NCBI RefSeq assembly: GCF_002113885.1
Contig: NW_018408351.1
Coordinates: 763,546 to 827,545, forward strand
Source of the DNA: Mizuhopecten yessoensis
Taxonomy: Eukaryota
Length of the DNA: 64,000 nucleotides
Direction: 5' to 3'
In this document: piece after piece, positions 1 to 14,932 of the stretch
How positions within the stretch are numbered: position 1 is the stretch's first letter
Layout: each line of letters opens with the position of its first letter
Made by a program: the position numbers and the translations under genes
The notes under the pieces: generated by a model
Told to the model about the DNA's origin: nothing
What the model saw: only the letters and a program-made list of their open reading frames with translations
The model's database searches: none

Positions 1-730
1 AATGGTAGTAATAGAGTGAGGAGGGGTGGTATTGTGGATGTGATTGAGATTGAGATTAATGGTTATAGTAAAGTAGTGCGGTAGTATTGTTGATGTGTCT
101 GAGATCGAGATTAATGGTAGTTATAAAGTGAAGAGGGGTGGTATTGTGGATGTGATTAAGATTGAGATTAATGGTAGTTATAAAGTGAATGGGGTGGTAT
201 TTTGGATGTGATTGCGGTCGAGATTAATGGTAGTAATAAAGTGAGGAGGGGTGGTATTGTGGATGTGATTGAGATCGAGATTAATGGTTGTTATAAAGTG
301 AGGAGGGGTGGTATTGTGAATGTGATTAAGATCGAGATCAATGGTAGTTATGAAGTGAGAAGGGGTGGTATTGTGGATGTGATTGAGATCGAGATCAATG
401 ATAGTTATAAAGTGAGGAGGGGTTGTATTGTGGATGTGATTGAGATCGAGATCAATGGTAGTAATAAAGTGGGGAGGGGTGGTATTTTGGATGTGATTGA
501 GATCGAGATCAATGGTAGTTATAAAGTGAGGAGGGGTGGTGTTGTGGATGTGACTGAGATCGAGATTAATGGTAGTAATATAGTGGGGAGGGGTGGTATT
601 GTGGATGAGATTGAGATCGAGATCAATGGTAGTAATTAAGTGAGGAGGGGTGGTGTTGTGGATGTGACTGAGATCGAGATTAATGGTAGTAATAAAGTGA
701 CTAGGGTGGTATTGTGGATGTGATTCAGCT
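1..730. repeat. Minisatellite, 63-bp unit (gagatcgagattaatggtagttataaagtgaggaggggtggtattgtggatgtgatt...), about 11 copies, truncated by window start
   Basis: Direct tandem repetition. The ORF 202..639 shows a 21-aa period, which equals 63 bp. Confidence 0.95.
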
Positions 731-732
731 TG

Positions 733-1890
733 AGTTCAACAACCCCCCTAAAAAAATGATGTAGTCACCTAAATGTTAACCCCCAATAAGCCTTGTTTAA
801 AGGCCTCAATAAAAAATAGGAACTTATATAATTATGTTATTTGTATATATTGAACTTGTACGTTGTCTATACAAAGTATACATAGCCAGGTAAAAGTAGT
901 CAAAAAAAGACATAAAAGCTGATGTCTTCATAAAAATAGCTTATTGAACTGATAACATGTCTTATAACATGTGTCTGTTGCCACCCAACTGAGAGCTAAG
1001 AAATGGCCCATGATTTTATATACCTAGGTCACGCGCAGCTTTCACTTCTACTAGCTGTTGAGAGGAATTCCGACCTCAAATAAAGATAGATGTTGCCATT
1101 CGTTTGTGGCGCGGAGGGAATATATCCCTCGTGCGAAGCGCACTCGTGATATATTCCTCCGCCACCACAAACTCATGCGATCCGAATACTCAGATCAACA
1201 CATATGTGTGGTTTTGCCTATTTAGCAAATTATAAATAAGAAAACAAAGGCTAAGTAGCCTTGATCGATAAATGAACTTTAGATGATGTGCCATTTGATA
1301 ACATCCTGTGACTATATGAATGCGCTAGACATGTTATACACATTTAACCTGAAAGATACGACAGTGTTTGTAACAAGTCTAGCTCTTTTATAACAACATT
1401 GAATGCAAAGAAAGGACATTTTATATAAAGTTTAAGTAGTGTTTATGGTCAAGGGTCTATGGTTTTACACATATATACCAATAAAATATGTTTCGTTTTA
1501 CTTTGATTTTTGTACTTATCCATAGCAACAAGCATCTTCTTGTGAGGCCGGTATGCCTCTCCCACACATAGTTAAAGAGAAATAAAGCCCGCATGACCTA
1601 GGTATATAAATGATCTTCAAATAACATGTCATTTCGTAGCATTCAGTTGGGTCGCTTAAGAGATTGACATGTTATAAATATGGTGAGCAACTTTTATAAT
1701 TACATCAGCCTTTATGCCGTATTTTGACTTCTTAACCTGTTTATGTAGCTTTTTAAAAGCTCATGTACAAGTTCAATATATTTTAATTACATATATATAT
1801 TCCGATTTTTTATAAGGAAATTTGAATATGACTTGCCAGGGGGTTGAAATTTAGGGTGACTATTACATCTTTTATGAGCTTGTTGAACCT
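733..1890. mobile_element. Degenerate non-autonomous DNA transposon with ~300-bp terminal inverted repeats (Kolobok-like, tentative)
   Basis: 733-1040 (gttcaacaa..gtcacctaaat..tatattgaacttgtac..tttatatacctaggtca) is the diverged reverse complement of 1590-1890 (tgacctaggtatataaa..gtacaagttcaatata..atttagggtgac..ttgttgaacc). The right end abuts TTAA, after which the 63-bp satellite resumes in degenerate form. Confidence 0.65.
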
Positions 1891-3313
1891 TAATGGCTCT
1901 TTTGAAGTTAGGATGGGTGGTATTTTGGAACCGACCGCAGATGCTACCGTCATTTCTTCATTTCATTTCATCTGATTTTATTGACATTATATTTGTCAAT
2001 TGGATTGGACATCAGGCTAGGCCTATTTAAGTCCTTTCCAAACTTATTTACAAACATTACATATATTCTGTCATAACAATCCAATTAAACAGTGCATGGG
2101 GAGATAACTCCAATTTAGCTTGTGAAATGAACATTTTACAACTTTTGTTTAATCATTTTCTGTTTATGTTTTGGATATTAACAATTAAATAAATAATATA
2201 TACCTATTGACAACCCATGCTACATAAAAGCCAAGGGATACAGGCCCAAAAGTCTCTGTGTATAAACACATTGGCCATCCACCCACTGGATAAATAGGAT
2301 AAGTTACCAAGAAGTAAACATTTTGTAAAATTTCAGAATATGATATGGATTCATATAGGAAAATGTAGTTATTATTATATATTATAGGAGTTGATTCTCT
2401 TAGAATTTATTTAACAAAGCACTATAGAATATTCATGTAACTATGAAATAGTTAGAACAGGTTATAGAATAGTCCATCCAGTCCAGCCGAATACCAGAGA
2501 TGTTGTGAAGATAGATATACACCAGTATCAATACTTATTAGCAGAGTGATCATGACACTATAAATAATAGAATCACTTTCAATGTAAAGTTTTTCTGCGA
2601 GTGAGATTACAGATGCATCTGTCCATTGGAATGGCTGTGATATTAATATGGCAAATGGTAATTTTACAGATGTTAGTTTAGAAGTGTTTGGGTTGGTCCT
2701 TTGGGAAATTCAACTATATGAATTCTAAATGTAGTGCAGAAGAGATTGAATGGCTCATGTAGGTTGGAAGCTGGAGATGAGGACAGTAGTTTGGAAGTTA
2801 TGAAGGATGTTGTCATCTCTAAATACCATCCATCCAAAATTGTAATTCTTTCCGCATAAGTTCTAATACCACATTAAGAAAAGATCCGGCATTGTCACTA
2901 TACCAAAACACACGATTATACGGCGATGAGGAACGCAACAGGCAAGGGTCTATACCATACAACGGTAAGCAACAAAAGGACAGCTGCTTTTAAGTGGGTA
3001 TCACAGCATGGCCACGAAAGCATGAATCTTCGCTTGGTCACCGGGTTGCAATGGGAACATCAGGAAAATTAACAAAAAAATAAAAAAAAGATAGCATATG
3101 TTGAGATGGTTGGCGAGTTTCTTAGATGTCCTTAAATACCTTTAATTACAAACTACGAAGACAAACAGTGGGACACACCAATTGTCTTAACTGTTAAGAG
3201 TGATCCAACAAGGCAAACAGTTGCAAGTAGTCCGTAATCTCCAATAGATTAAAGAAGAGTATCCGACTAACGTCTAACATGGTATGCATATATTCTGAGT
3301 ATAGTTATTATGC

Positions 3314-5115
3314 GTTTGTTAATGGTGTGTTAATTTGCTGTTCGATCCATGGAATGTAAGTTTGTTAATGGTGTGTTAATTTGCTGTTCGATCTATGTAA
3401 TGGAAGTTTGTTAATGGTGTGTTAATTTGCTGTTCGATCCATGGAATGTAAGTTTGTTAATGGTGTGTTAATTTGCTGTTCGATCNNNNNNNNNNNNNNN
3501 NNNNNNNNNNNNNNNNNNNNNNNNNNNNNNNNNNNNNNNNNNNNNNNNNNNNNNNNNNNNNNNNNNNNNNNNNNNNNNNNNNNNNNNNNNNNNNNNNNNN
3601 NNNNNNNNNNNNNNNACTTATATATATACGTTCTACCCCTCCCGTACCCAAAACACTTATATATATACGTTTTACCCCATCCCGTACCCAAAGCACTTAT
3701 ATATATACGTTCTACCCACTCCCGTACCCAAAGCACTTATATATATACGTTCTACCTCCTTCTGTACCCAAAGCACTTATATATATACGATCTACCCCCT
3801 CCCGTACCCAACGCACTTATATATATACGTTCTCCCCCTCCCGTACCCTACATACTCATACGTTCTAACCTTTCCATGGAATGTAAGTTAGTTAATGGTG
3901 TGTTAGTCTGCTGTTCGTTCCATGTACTGTAAGTTTTGTTTGGATGCAAATGCTAGAACGTCTAACATGGTGAGTATAGTTATTATACGTTTGTTAATGG
4001 TGTGGTAATTTGCTGTTCGATCTATGTAATGTAAGTTTTTTAATGGCGTGTTAATCTGCTGTTCCATCCATGGAATGTAAGTTGGTTAATGTTGTGTTAA
4101 TTTGCTGTTAGATCCATGGAATGTAAGGTTGTTAATGGTGTGTAAATTTGCTGTTCGATCAATGGAATGTAAGTTTGTTAATGTTGTGTTAATTTGCTGT
4201 ACGATCCATGGAATGTACATTTGTTTGGATGCAAATGCTAGACATGGAATGTAAGTTGGTTAATGTTGTGTTAATTTGCTGTTGGATCCATGGAATGTAC
4301 GTTTGTTTGGATGCAAATGCTAGACATGGAATGTAAGTTTGTTAATGGTATGTTAATCTGCTGTTCCATCCATGGAATGTAAGGTTGTTAATGGTGTGTA
4401 AATTTGCTGTTCGATCTATGTAATGTAAGTTTTGTTTGGATGCAAATGCTAGAACGTCTAACATGGTGAGTATAGTTATTATACGTTTGTTAATGGTGGG
4501 TTAATCTGCTGTTCGATACATGGAATGTAAGTTTGTTAATGGTATGTTAATCTGCTGTTCGTACCATGTAATGTAAGTCTGTTAATGGTGTGTTATTTTG
4601 CTGTTCGATCTATGTAATGTAAGTTTGTTAGTGGTGTGTTAATCTGCTGTTCCATCCATGGAATGTAAGGTTGTTAATGGTGTGTAAATTTGCTGTTCGA
4701 TCAATGGAATGTAAGTTTGTTAGTGGTGTGTTAATCTGCTGTTCCATCCATGGAATGTAAGGTTGTTAATGGTGTGTAAATTTGCTGTTCGATCCTCGGA
4801 ATGTACCTTTGTTTGGATGCAAATGCTAGAACGTCTAACATGGTGAGTATAGTTATTATACGTTTGTTAATGGTGGGTTAATCTGCTGTTCCATCCATGG
4901 AATGTAAGGTTGTTAATGGTGTGTTAGTCTGCTGTTCGTTCCATGTAATGTAAGTTTGTTAATGGTGTGTTAATCTGCTGTTCGTTCCATGTAATGTAAG
5001 TCTGTTAATGGTGTGTTAATCTGCTGTTCGATCCATGTAATGTAAGTTTGTTAATGGTGTGTTAATTTGCTGTTCGATCCATGGAATGTACGTTTGTTTG
5101 GATGCAAATGCTAGA
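3314..5115. repeat. Minisatellite, 46-bp unit (tttgttaatggtgtgttaatttgctgttcgatccatggaatgtaag) with an interspersed longer variant; interrupted by a gap and a foreign block at 3616-3875
   Basis: Unit starts at 3315, 3361 and 3407. Confidence 0.95.
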
Positions 5116-5877
5116 AAGTTGAAATGAATTGAAAAATTGTTAAAAAGATAATGGCATTATTGTTTTATTGTTATTATTGATTCTATGAAGAAAATTAGTT
5201 GTGATCTACTGGTGCGCTTTGTCTCGGCGGGAAACTTCCCGATGCAATGTAGTAAGATTTTGGGTTACTTTTCGATATAGATCACGAGTTTGTCCTAATC
5301 TATTGTAGATCCATGCTTCGATAGCATCTTTTCACATTGTTGGTAATGGCCTAATCACAAGTTAACACGCACCATTCTGATTGCTTATCAGTCAGATCAA
5401 GGACAACTTTAAACATATCCATTATGGCGACCGATTTGTGACATTTTGTTGTTTTGTCTTCCATTCCAGAAAACAACGATGATAAGTACCTTTTAGTTAT
5501 CGATGTTTTGTCATTTCGACCAGAAATGATAAGATTAAATAGTTCGCTTAAATCTTTTCGTTCATCTTTTCGCCTTGAAAAGAAGACGACAACTCTCGTT
5601 TTTAATTTTCTTGGTTTCGTGGACAGAAACCTCTTTTTCCGTTGGTTCGTTAGAGTGATCTCCCATCCGTCACGTTTTAGCTAAGATTGGACTATTTTTG
5701 CACTGAATCAATGTAATAAACCAGGAACCAATGGAATTATAATAAATACATTAGTCTTGGTCTCAGTAAATGCAAACCAAATAGGCGATGATGTCCAAAT
5801 TTCCCCTTAACTCTGTATCGTTGTGGTCATTGAGCAGTAAATGATAAATTAAAATCTGCATTTTACAGAATACAAGT

Positions 5878-8800
5878 ATTCTACCCCTCCCGTATCACAA
5901 ATTACTAACTACGTCTAACCCCTACCGTACCCAAAATACTACAATGTTTAACCCCCTCCCGTACCCGTAATACTCGTACGTTTTACCTCCTCCTGTACTC
6001 AAATACTGATACGTTCTACCTCATCACGTACCCAAAGTACTGATACGTTCTACCACCTACTGTCCCAAATACTAATACGTTCTACCCCTCCCGTACCCAA
6101 ATACCGATACGTTCTACCCCTCCGGTACCCTAATACTGATACGTTATACTCCTCCCCCATCCCACGTACTCCTACGTTATACTCCTCCCCCACCCCACGT
6201 ACTCCTACGTTCTATCATTCATACCCAAAGTACTCCTAAGGTACCCCTATGATTTACCCCTCCCGTACCCCACATACTCATACGTTCTACCCCTCCCGTA
6301 CCCAGGGAACTCCTACGTTCTACCCCTCCCGTACCCCACATACTCCTACGTTCTACCCCTCCCGTACCCCATGTTTTCATACGTTCTACCCCTCCCGTAC
6401 CCCACGTATTCAAACGTTCTAACCTTCCCGTACCCACATACTCCTACGTTCTGACCTTCCCGTACCCAACATACTCCTACGTTATACCCCTCCCGTACCC
6501 CACCTACTCATACGTTCTAACCTTCCCGTACCCCACATACTCCTACGTTCTACCCCTCCAGTAATCCACGAACTCATACGTTTGACCCCTCCCATACCCC
6601 ACGTACTCCTACGTTCTACCCCTCCGTACCCCTAATACTCCTACGTTCTACCACTCCCGTACCCCACGAATTCATACGTTTAACCCCTCCCGTACCCCAC
6701 GAATTCATACATTATACCCCTCCCGTACCCCACGTACTCATACGTTCTAACCTTTCCGTAACCCACGTACTCCTACGTTCTAACCTTCCCGTACCCCACA
6801 TACTCCTACGTTCTACCCCTCCCGTACCCCACGTATTCATACGTTCTACCCCTCCCGTACTCCACGTATTCATACGTTCTAACCTTCCCGTACCCCACAT
6901 ACTCCTACGTTCTAACCTTCCCGTACCCCGAATACTCCTACGTTATACCCCTCCCGTACCCCACGTACTCATACGTTCTACTCCTCCCGTACCCCACGTA
7001 CTCCTACGTTCTACCCCTCCCGTACCCCACATACTCCCACGTTCTACCACTCCGGTACCCCACGAATTCATACGTTTGACACCTCCCGTACCCCACGAAT
7101 TCATACCTTTGACCCCTCCCGTTCCCCACGTACTCCAACGTTCTAACCTTCCCATACCCCACATACTTCTACGTTCTACCCCTCCCGTACCCAACGAATG
7201 TATACGTTCTACCCCTCCCGTACCCAACGAATGTATACGTTCTACCACTCCCGTACCCCACGAATTCATGCGTTCTACCCCTCCCGTACCCCACGAATTC
7301 ATACGTTCTACCCCTCCCGTACCCCACATACTCATACGTTCTACCCCTCACGTACCCCACGTATTCATACGTTCTAACCTTACCGTACCTCACATACTCA
7401 TACTTTCTACCCCTCCCGTACCCCACATACTCCTACGTTCTACCCCACCCGTACCCCACGTATTCATACGTTCTAACCTTCCCGTATCCCACATACTCCT
7501 ACGTTCTAACATCCCCGTACTCCACATACTCATACGTTCTACCCCTCCCGTACCCCATGTACTCATACGTTATACCCCTCCCGTACCCCACGTAATCATA
7601 CGTTCTATCCCTCCCGTACTCCAAGAACTCCTACGTTCTACCCCTCCTGTACCCCATGTACTCATACGTTCTACCCCTCCCGTACCCTACATACTCATAC
7701 GTTCTACCCCTCCCGTACCCCATGTACTCATACGTTCTACCCCTCCCGTACCCCACATACTCATACGTTCTACCCCTCCCGTACCCCACATACTCCTACG
7801 TTCTAACCTTCCCGTACCCCACATACTCATACGTTTGACCCCTCCCATACTCCACGTACTCATACGTTCTATCCCTCCCGTACTTCACATACTCCTACGT
7901 TCTACCCCTCCCATACCCGAAGTACTAAACACATTTTACTGCCTGTCGTACCACGCGTACTCTTACGTCCTACCCCTCCTTGTATCCAAACTACTGTTAC
8001 CTTCTTTCCCCTCCCGTACCCAAAGTACTTATATATATACGTTCTACCCCTCCCGTACCCAAAACACTTATATATATACGTTTTACCCCATCCCGTACCC
8101 AAAGCACTTATATATATACGTTCTACCCACTCCCGTACCCAAAGCACTTATATATATACGTTCTACCTCCTTCTGTACCCAAAGCACTTATATATATACG
8201 ATCTACCCCCTCCCGTACCCAAAGCACTTATATATATATACGTATACCCCCTCCCGTACTCAAAGCACTTATATATATGCGTTCTATTTCCTCCCGTACC
8301 CAAAGCACTTATATAAATACGTTCTACTGCCTCCCGTACCCCATGTACTCATACGTTCTACCCCTCCCGTACCCTACATACTCATACGTTCTACCCCTCC
8401 CGTACCCCATGTACTCATACGTTCTACCCCTCCCGTACCCCACATACTCATACGTTCTACCCCTCCCGTACCCCANNNNNNNNNNNNNNNNNNNNNNNNN
8501 NNNNNNNNNNNNNNNNNNNNNNNNNNNNNNNNNNNNNNNNNNNNNNNNNNNNNNNNNNNNNNNNNNNNNNNNNNNNNNNNNNNNNNNNNNNNNNNNNNNN
8601 ACTTATATATATACGTTCTACCCCTCCCGTACCCAAAACACTTATATATATACGTTTTACCCCATCCCGTACCCAAAGCACTTATATATATACGTTCTAC
8701 CCACTCCCGTACCCAAAGCACTTATATATATACGTTCTACCTCCTTCTGTACCCAAAGCACTTATATATATACGATCTACCCCCTCCCGTACCCAAAGCA

Positions 8801-10030
8801 CTTATATATATATACGTATACCCCCTCCCGTACTCAAAGCACTTATATATATACGTTCTATTTCCTCCCGTACCCAAAGCACTTATATAAATACGTTCTA
8901 CTGCCTCCCGTACCCAAAGCACTTATATATATACGTTCTACCCCCTCCCGTACTCAAAGCACTTATATATATATGTTCTACCTCCTCCCGTACCAAAATC
9001 ACTTATATATATACGTTCTACTCCCTCCCGTACCAAAAGCACTTATATATATATACGTTCTTCCCCCTCCCGTACCCAAAGCACTTATATATAAACGTTT
9101 TACCCCTTCCCGTCCCAAAAGCACTTATATATATATATACGATCTGCCCCCTCCCGTACCCAAAGCACTTATATATATATACGTTCTACTCCCTCCCGTA
9201 CCCAAAGCACTTATATATATACGTTCTCCCCCTCCCGTACCCAAAGCACTTATATATAAACGTTCTACCCCTTCCCGTACCAAAAGCACTTATATATATA
9301 TATACGATCTACCCCCTCCCGTACCCAAAGCACTTATATATATACGTTCTACCCCCTCCCGTACCCAAAACACTTATATATATATGTTCTACCCCCTCCC
9401 GTACCCAAAGCACTTATATATATACGATCTACCTCCTTCTGTACCCAAAGCACTTATATATATATACGTTCTTCCCTCTCTCGTACCCAAAGCACTTATA
9501 TATATATATACGTTCTTCCCCCTCCCGTACCCAAAGCACTTATACATATATACGTTCTACCCCCTCCCGTACCCAAACTACTGCTACGTTCTACCCCTTC
9601 CGTACCCAAAGCACTTATATATATATATACGTTCTACCCCTTCCCGTACCAAAAGCACTTATATATATAATATATACGATCTACCTCCTCCCGTACCAAA
9701 ATCACTTATATATATACGTTCTACCCCCTCCGATACCCAAAGCACTTATATATATACGTTCTACCCCCTCCCGTACCCAAAACACTTATATATATATGTT
9801 CTACCCCCTCCCGTACCCAAAGCACTTATATATATACGATCTACCTCCTTCTGTACCCAAAGCACTTATATATATATACGTTCTTCCCTCTCTCGTACCC
9901 AAAGCACTTATATATATATATACGTTCTTCCCCCTCCCGTACCCAAAGCACTTATATATATACGTTCTCCCCCCTCCCGTACCCAAAGCACTTACGTACC
10001 CAAACTACTGCTACGTTCTACCCCTTCCGT
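5878..10030. repeat. C-rich minisatellite: 33-bp unit (tacgttctacccctcccgtaccccacatactca) grading into a ~40-bp unit carrying an internal (TA)n
   Basis: Direct tandem repetition with period 33 at 6281/6314. It contains a gap at 8476-8600. Confidence 0.95.
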
Positions 10031-12686
10031 TTCTAAGTACGGTAACGTCGTAGTTATATCATAGTAAAATAAACTCCTGGAGTGTCATCCTCAGACACAA
10101 CAGGAAATCGATTCATATCTAAACAAGGAAACTACTAAATGTTTTCCTCCTACATTACAGGAAGTCAAATATCTCAACCAGGACACCCACAAAACGGCAC
10201 AATTCAAATTCTTCTGCAATACCGGAAGTGGAATTGGTATCGAAACGGGTGAAACTCGAGCTGTCATTGGCCCGGAAAAAGAGGGATTGGCACCTGTCCA
10301 TGTCTATTGTCTATGTGATATATTTTTTATGTAACAATATGGACTGTGGGTTCGAAAACAATAACCTTTTCCTTTTTTTGTCCTATGTTAAGTCAATAGA
10401 TCTACAGCCGACACATACAAACTAACAATCGTAATGAAGGAGTTACCGATGTTAATTGATATTAAATATAGACTTGTCATGTCAAATGTATTTGCCCTTG
10501 TAAACCCTACGCCTTTCTCACAGTTGTTCTTTTACAGAATTAAAATACCGGGGACAATTATACTGTATAAAAGAATGAAGCTAATATATTATGTTCAAAT
10601 AAAAGCATTCAAATTAACAACTAGAAAGGAGTAGAGACCATCATATGTTAAATCGTATGATGAAACTTGTACAGAAAAACTAAGGCCTAGACGCTATAGA
10701 TATAAAATGATATTAAGTACAAAAGTCTAATTAATTATCTTCTGACTACTAGAACCGTATATCAATAAACAAAACAGAACGTCAACTTCGGAACAATACA
10801 ATATACCAGCGCCTATAATTGTACGTCCTCTCGTGATGCCACGTACTGTAAGTATGGAATAAACTAGATCATTGTCTCACCACATTAATCACTGCTAAAC
10901 AATACACTTAAACCAATCACAAATATATATGAAAAAATCTTACCGAAATTTATTGTAATACTTCGATGCATTTACAAAATAATGCAAAGGATCCAATACA
11001 ATGATCATTTTAATATCAGCTTATCCCTGTGGTTCGCGTCGTATACATGTTAGCCCTTACTTTAAGGTTCTTAGTGTCCCTAATTAGGTTTCTAGGTATC
11101 TAACAAATGAAGTTGTATCCGGGTTACACTGCAATTAATGAGTTAACACCTTCCGTAGTCCTGGAATATCTGATGAAAATACCTTTATCATATATAAATT
11201 TTACATTTCTAGTAAAGCCTAACAAATATATTTGGTTTGGGATGATTGTCAATTAAGGTTTATATTGCTGCATTACACATCCCTTTATGTAACTTTTAAT
11301 TTACCTATTTTTTTAATAATCAATAAATTTATCAATATCTTAATGCCTTTGCTTCAATAAGTTGGAACCACATTTCCCCCTGAATCGTGCGAGTTTTTTT
11401 TTAATATTTTCTTTAGATAATCTTGTGTTGAAGAGAGATTTAATTTTTTGTATATAAGATGGATTTAAAAATAAAACCCGATTTGTTGCATGTCATCATC
11501 AATCTAAATGTCAACTATACCATTCTAGTTAAGTGATTGTTTTGATTATTAAAAAACAAGTTGAAACATTATATAACAGATGCGATGTTTTTTGTAAACT
11601 AACACCAGATAATTTGAAAGTTGAAGTTTATCAATCAAGAGAAAGTGAGAGTGATGAAGTTGTATGTGTAATAAGAGATTATCTCCCCTAGATACAGACT
11701 GAATACCAGTCATGGCGTTATGTGAACCTGAGACTTAAGGCAGTGTGTAGTTTAAATAAAGTCAAATCTGGTCAGGAAATCGTCCCAGTGTCAGGAAATC
11801 GTCCTAGTGTCCGAGAATCGTCCCAGTGTCAGTCGTTTCCTAAGGTTATACATTTCACTAGTTTATAATAGGACTTGGAACTATGTTTAAATCTTTTTTA
11901 AGCTTTTAAATTACAGTTGACTTCACAAAGTCGTTTTCGATATGTTTTTACAATGAAGGGGAAATGTATCCTGTCAACCTCGATGATGTAAGCATAGTTC
12001 CAAGTGCCTTTGGGTTTTGAGTGGGGCTCTCTGTAAGTTTGTCATCTTACGCAGACCAGATTTGAGTTCCCTTTTCTTTGTTAAGTTAAACTTTCCTTTA
12101 AGTTAAATTAAAATCTGTACCATTTTAAATAAAGGGATTTATAGACACAGACTGACAAGATAGTCTGCATTTTGACCTTAAGTCTTAAATCAAAAGCCAC
12201 TCCAACATGCATCTAGTCTGCATATCGACACACATACAGAGAAAAACTGACGATATTTACCTAGCTAAGTAAATAATAATTTCGTCAACAATCCAATTCA
12301 TTTTGAGTTATCTGTGTATCAACTTTCACAACGCAACAGTCATGATGAAATACTGTGACACGTGTTGGTGTGACCAGTGCATCATGGCGGTCACGTGACA
12401 ATAATTAAAAAAATCTAGGAGACGTGGTCAACTTTAACATTTTTAATTTGCTCTGGATGGTGGACCTACATCCATACGACATGTATACAAACGTGGGTGC
12501 ATTATCACAAAATTCTTTGATACATGATGCCAGTTTTTCTTTACAGTGTGTGAATGATATTTACATTACATCACTATAGTTACACAGATGTACACAGGCT
12601 GTCCCGTCATATTCTCAACTTCCTGTACAAAATATAACTTCCCGTCCTGAGAAACCAACTTCCATCAAACTATAGATTTGCATAGA

Positions 12687-12692
12687 TTTATT
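12687..12692 (-). terminator. Candidate actin polyadenylation signal AATAAA
   Basis: tttatt on the + strand, about 290 nt past the stop codon. Confidence 0.5.
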
Positions 12693-12979
12693 TAAATTAA
12701 ATTATATTAAATAAAAGACGGCAAGTATCCTTAGTATACATAGTTGTCCATATACCTTGGTTAGTAAAAACCTTCGAAACCATTGCCTTACCCAGGCTGC
12801 TGACGGAATGTCACTGGTGTCTTTTAAAAAACACTTAGGTATCGCACTTTATCGGACAAAACGAGATTCTGTCTGTTAACTTGTCCTGTTCAATTCAATA
12901 AAGCACGAGGTTGAGTCCATTCTTCACGGTACCGAAAATGTAAAAAATAATTTGAAGTCCTATTAATTTGAAGAATAAT

Positions 12980-13999
<1,020 letters not shown>

Positions 14000-14897
14000 T
14001 TAGACACGCACTTAGTACATAGATCGTAAAGAAGCATATTAGGAGTAAATACGGTAAAACGTATACAGTATCTATTTGTTGGGATTTTATAGACAACCTG
14101 GACAAAAGGTTTTAGTAGAAAAACTTGATCACTTTAATGTCATCTGTAAACTGATCTACGATTTAAATAACAGAAAGAACTTTCATATAAAATCCAACAT
14201 GTGTTTATTTATTAGAAGTATTGAATATTGATAGTACTAATTATTCAATATGGTGAACTATACCGAGCTATCAGATGACAGAAGATATGGGATTTATCTG
14301 TATATTATTTATTGATTCTTTGAACCCATGGGATGGGAGAGCCAGGGAAATCAAAAACATGAACCTACTTGACCTATGGACCTTAGTTAACAACGCGCTA
14401 ATATAGAACTGTCTCTCCGTTTTTGTTTGAAGACTCATGCGGCCCTTTCCACAGAAATTGTCATTTTAGCTTTTTCTAGTGAGTTCCATTGATGTAATTA
14501 ATATTTAATTACTGTCTTCTTCTTTTTTTACATTGTATTTAAATTTAAATATATCATTATGGGATCGTGAGAAAAAAAATCGAAAGTATATTAAATGATT
14601 GGAAAAATATATTATCTAATATTAAAGATGAAATGGTGGTTTTCCCATCTATAGATATAGATATATGGCATAGGCCTTCCTACAGACAGATTTCCAAAAT
14701 AATTGAGAGTTTTATTTTGCTAAAGAATGCCGAAACCGCCAGGAAATAGCAGTTAAAATTCCTGACTGAGGAGGAAATTTGAGATAACTAATAAGAATTC
14801 ATGTTCACCCTGGTAATACATCACAGTAGTGCCGAGAATGCCTTATCAAAATCTTACGGGGTCAAGTTAAAAGGTCACGACGGGAGTTGCAATCGGA

Positions 14898-14932
14898 TCA
14901 CGTGATAGGCGGAGTAGGATTTCCTAATAAGG
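14898..14932. promoter_or_regulatory. Intronic E-box palindrome (ATCACGTGAT) and perfect CArG box (CCTAATAAGG, 14923-14932) in actin intron
   Basis: Exact CC(A/T)6GG match within a GC-richer island of an AT-rich intron. SRF/CArG control of actin genes is established. Confidence 0.6.

Noticed and set aside
1950-3290. Possible LINE tail on the minus strand and coding-looking sequence at 2600-3280
   Set aside because: Hand translation gave stops and no recognisable protein motif.
3616-3875. Block of the 8-10 kb satellite embedded in the 46-bp array
   Set aside because: It is nearly identical to 8027-8230 and 8601-8800, and both 3616 and 8601 start right after N gaps. It is most likely a scaffolding or gap-filling artefact rather than a real transposition.
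7076-10064. Long Pro/Tyr-rich ORFs (604 and 694 aa)
   Set aside because: They are translations of minisatellite units, span an N gap, and are open in several frames with no splice or domain evidence.
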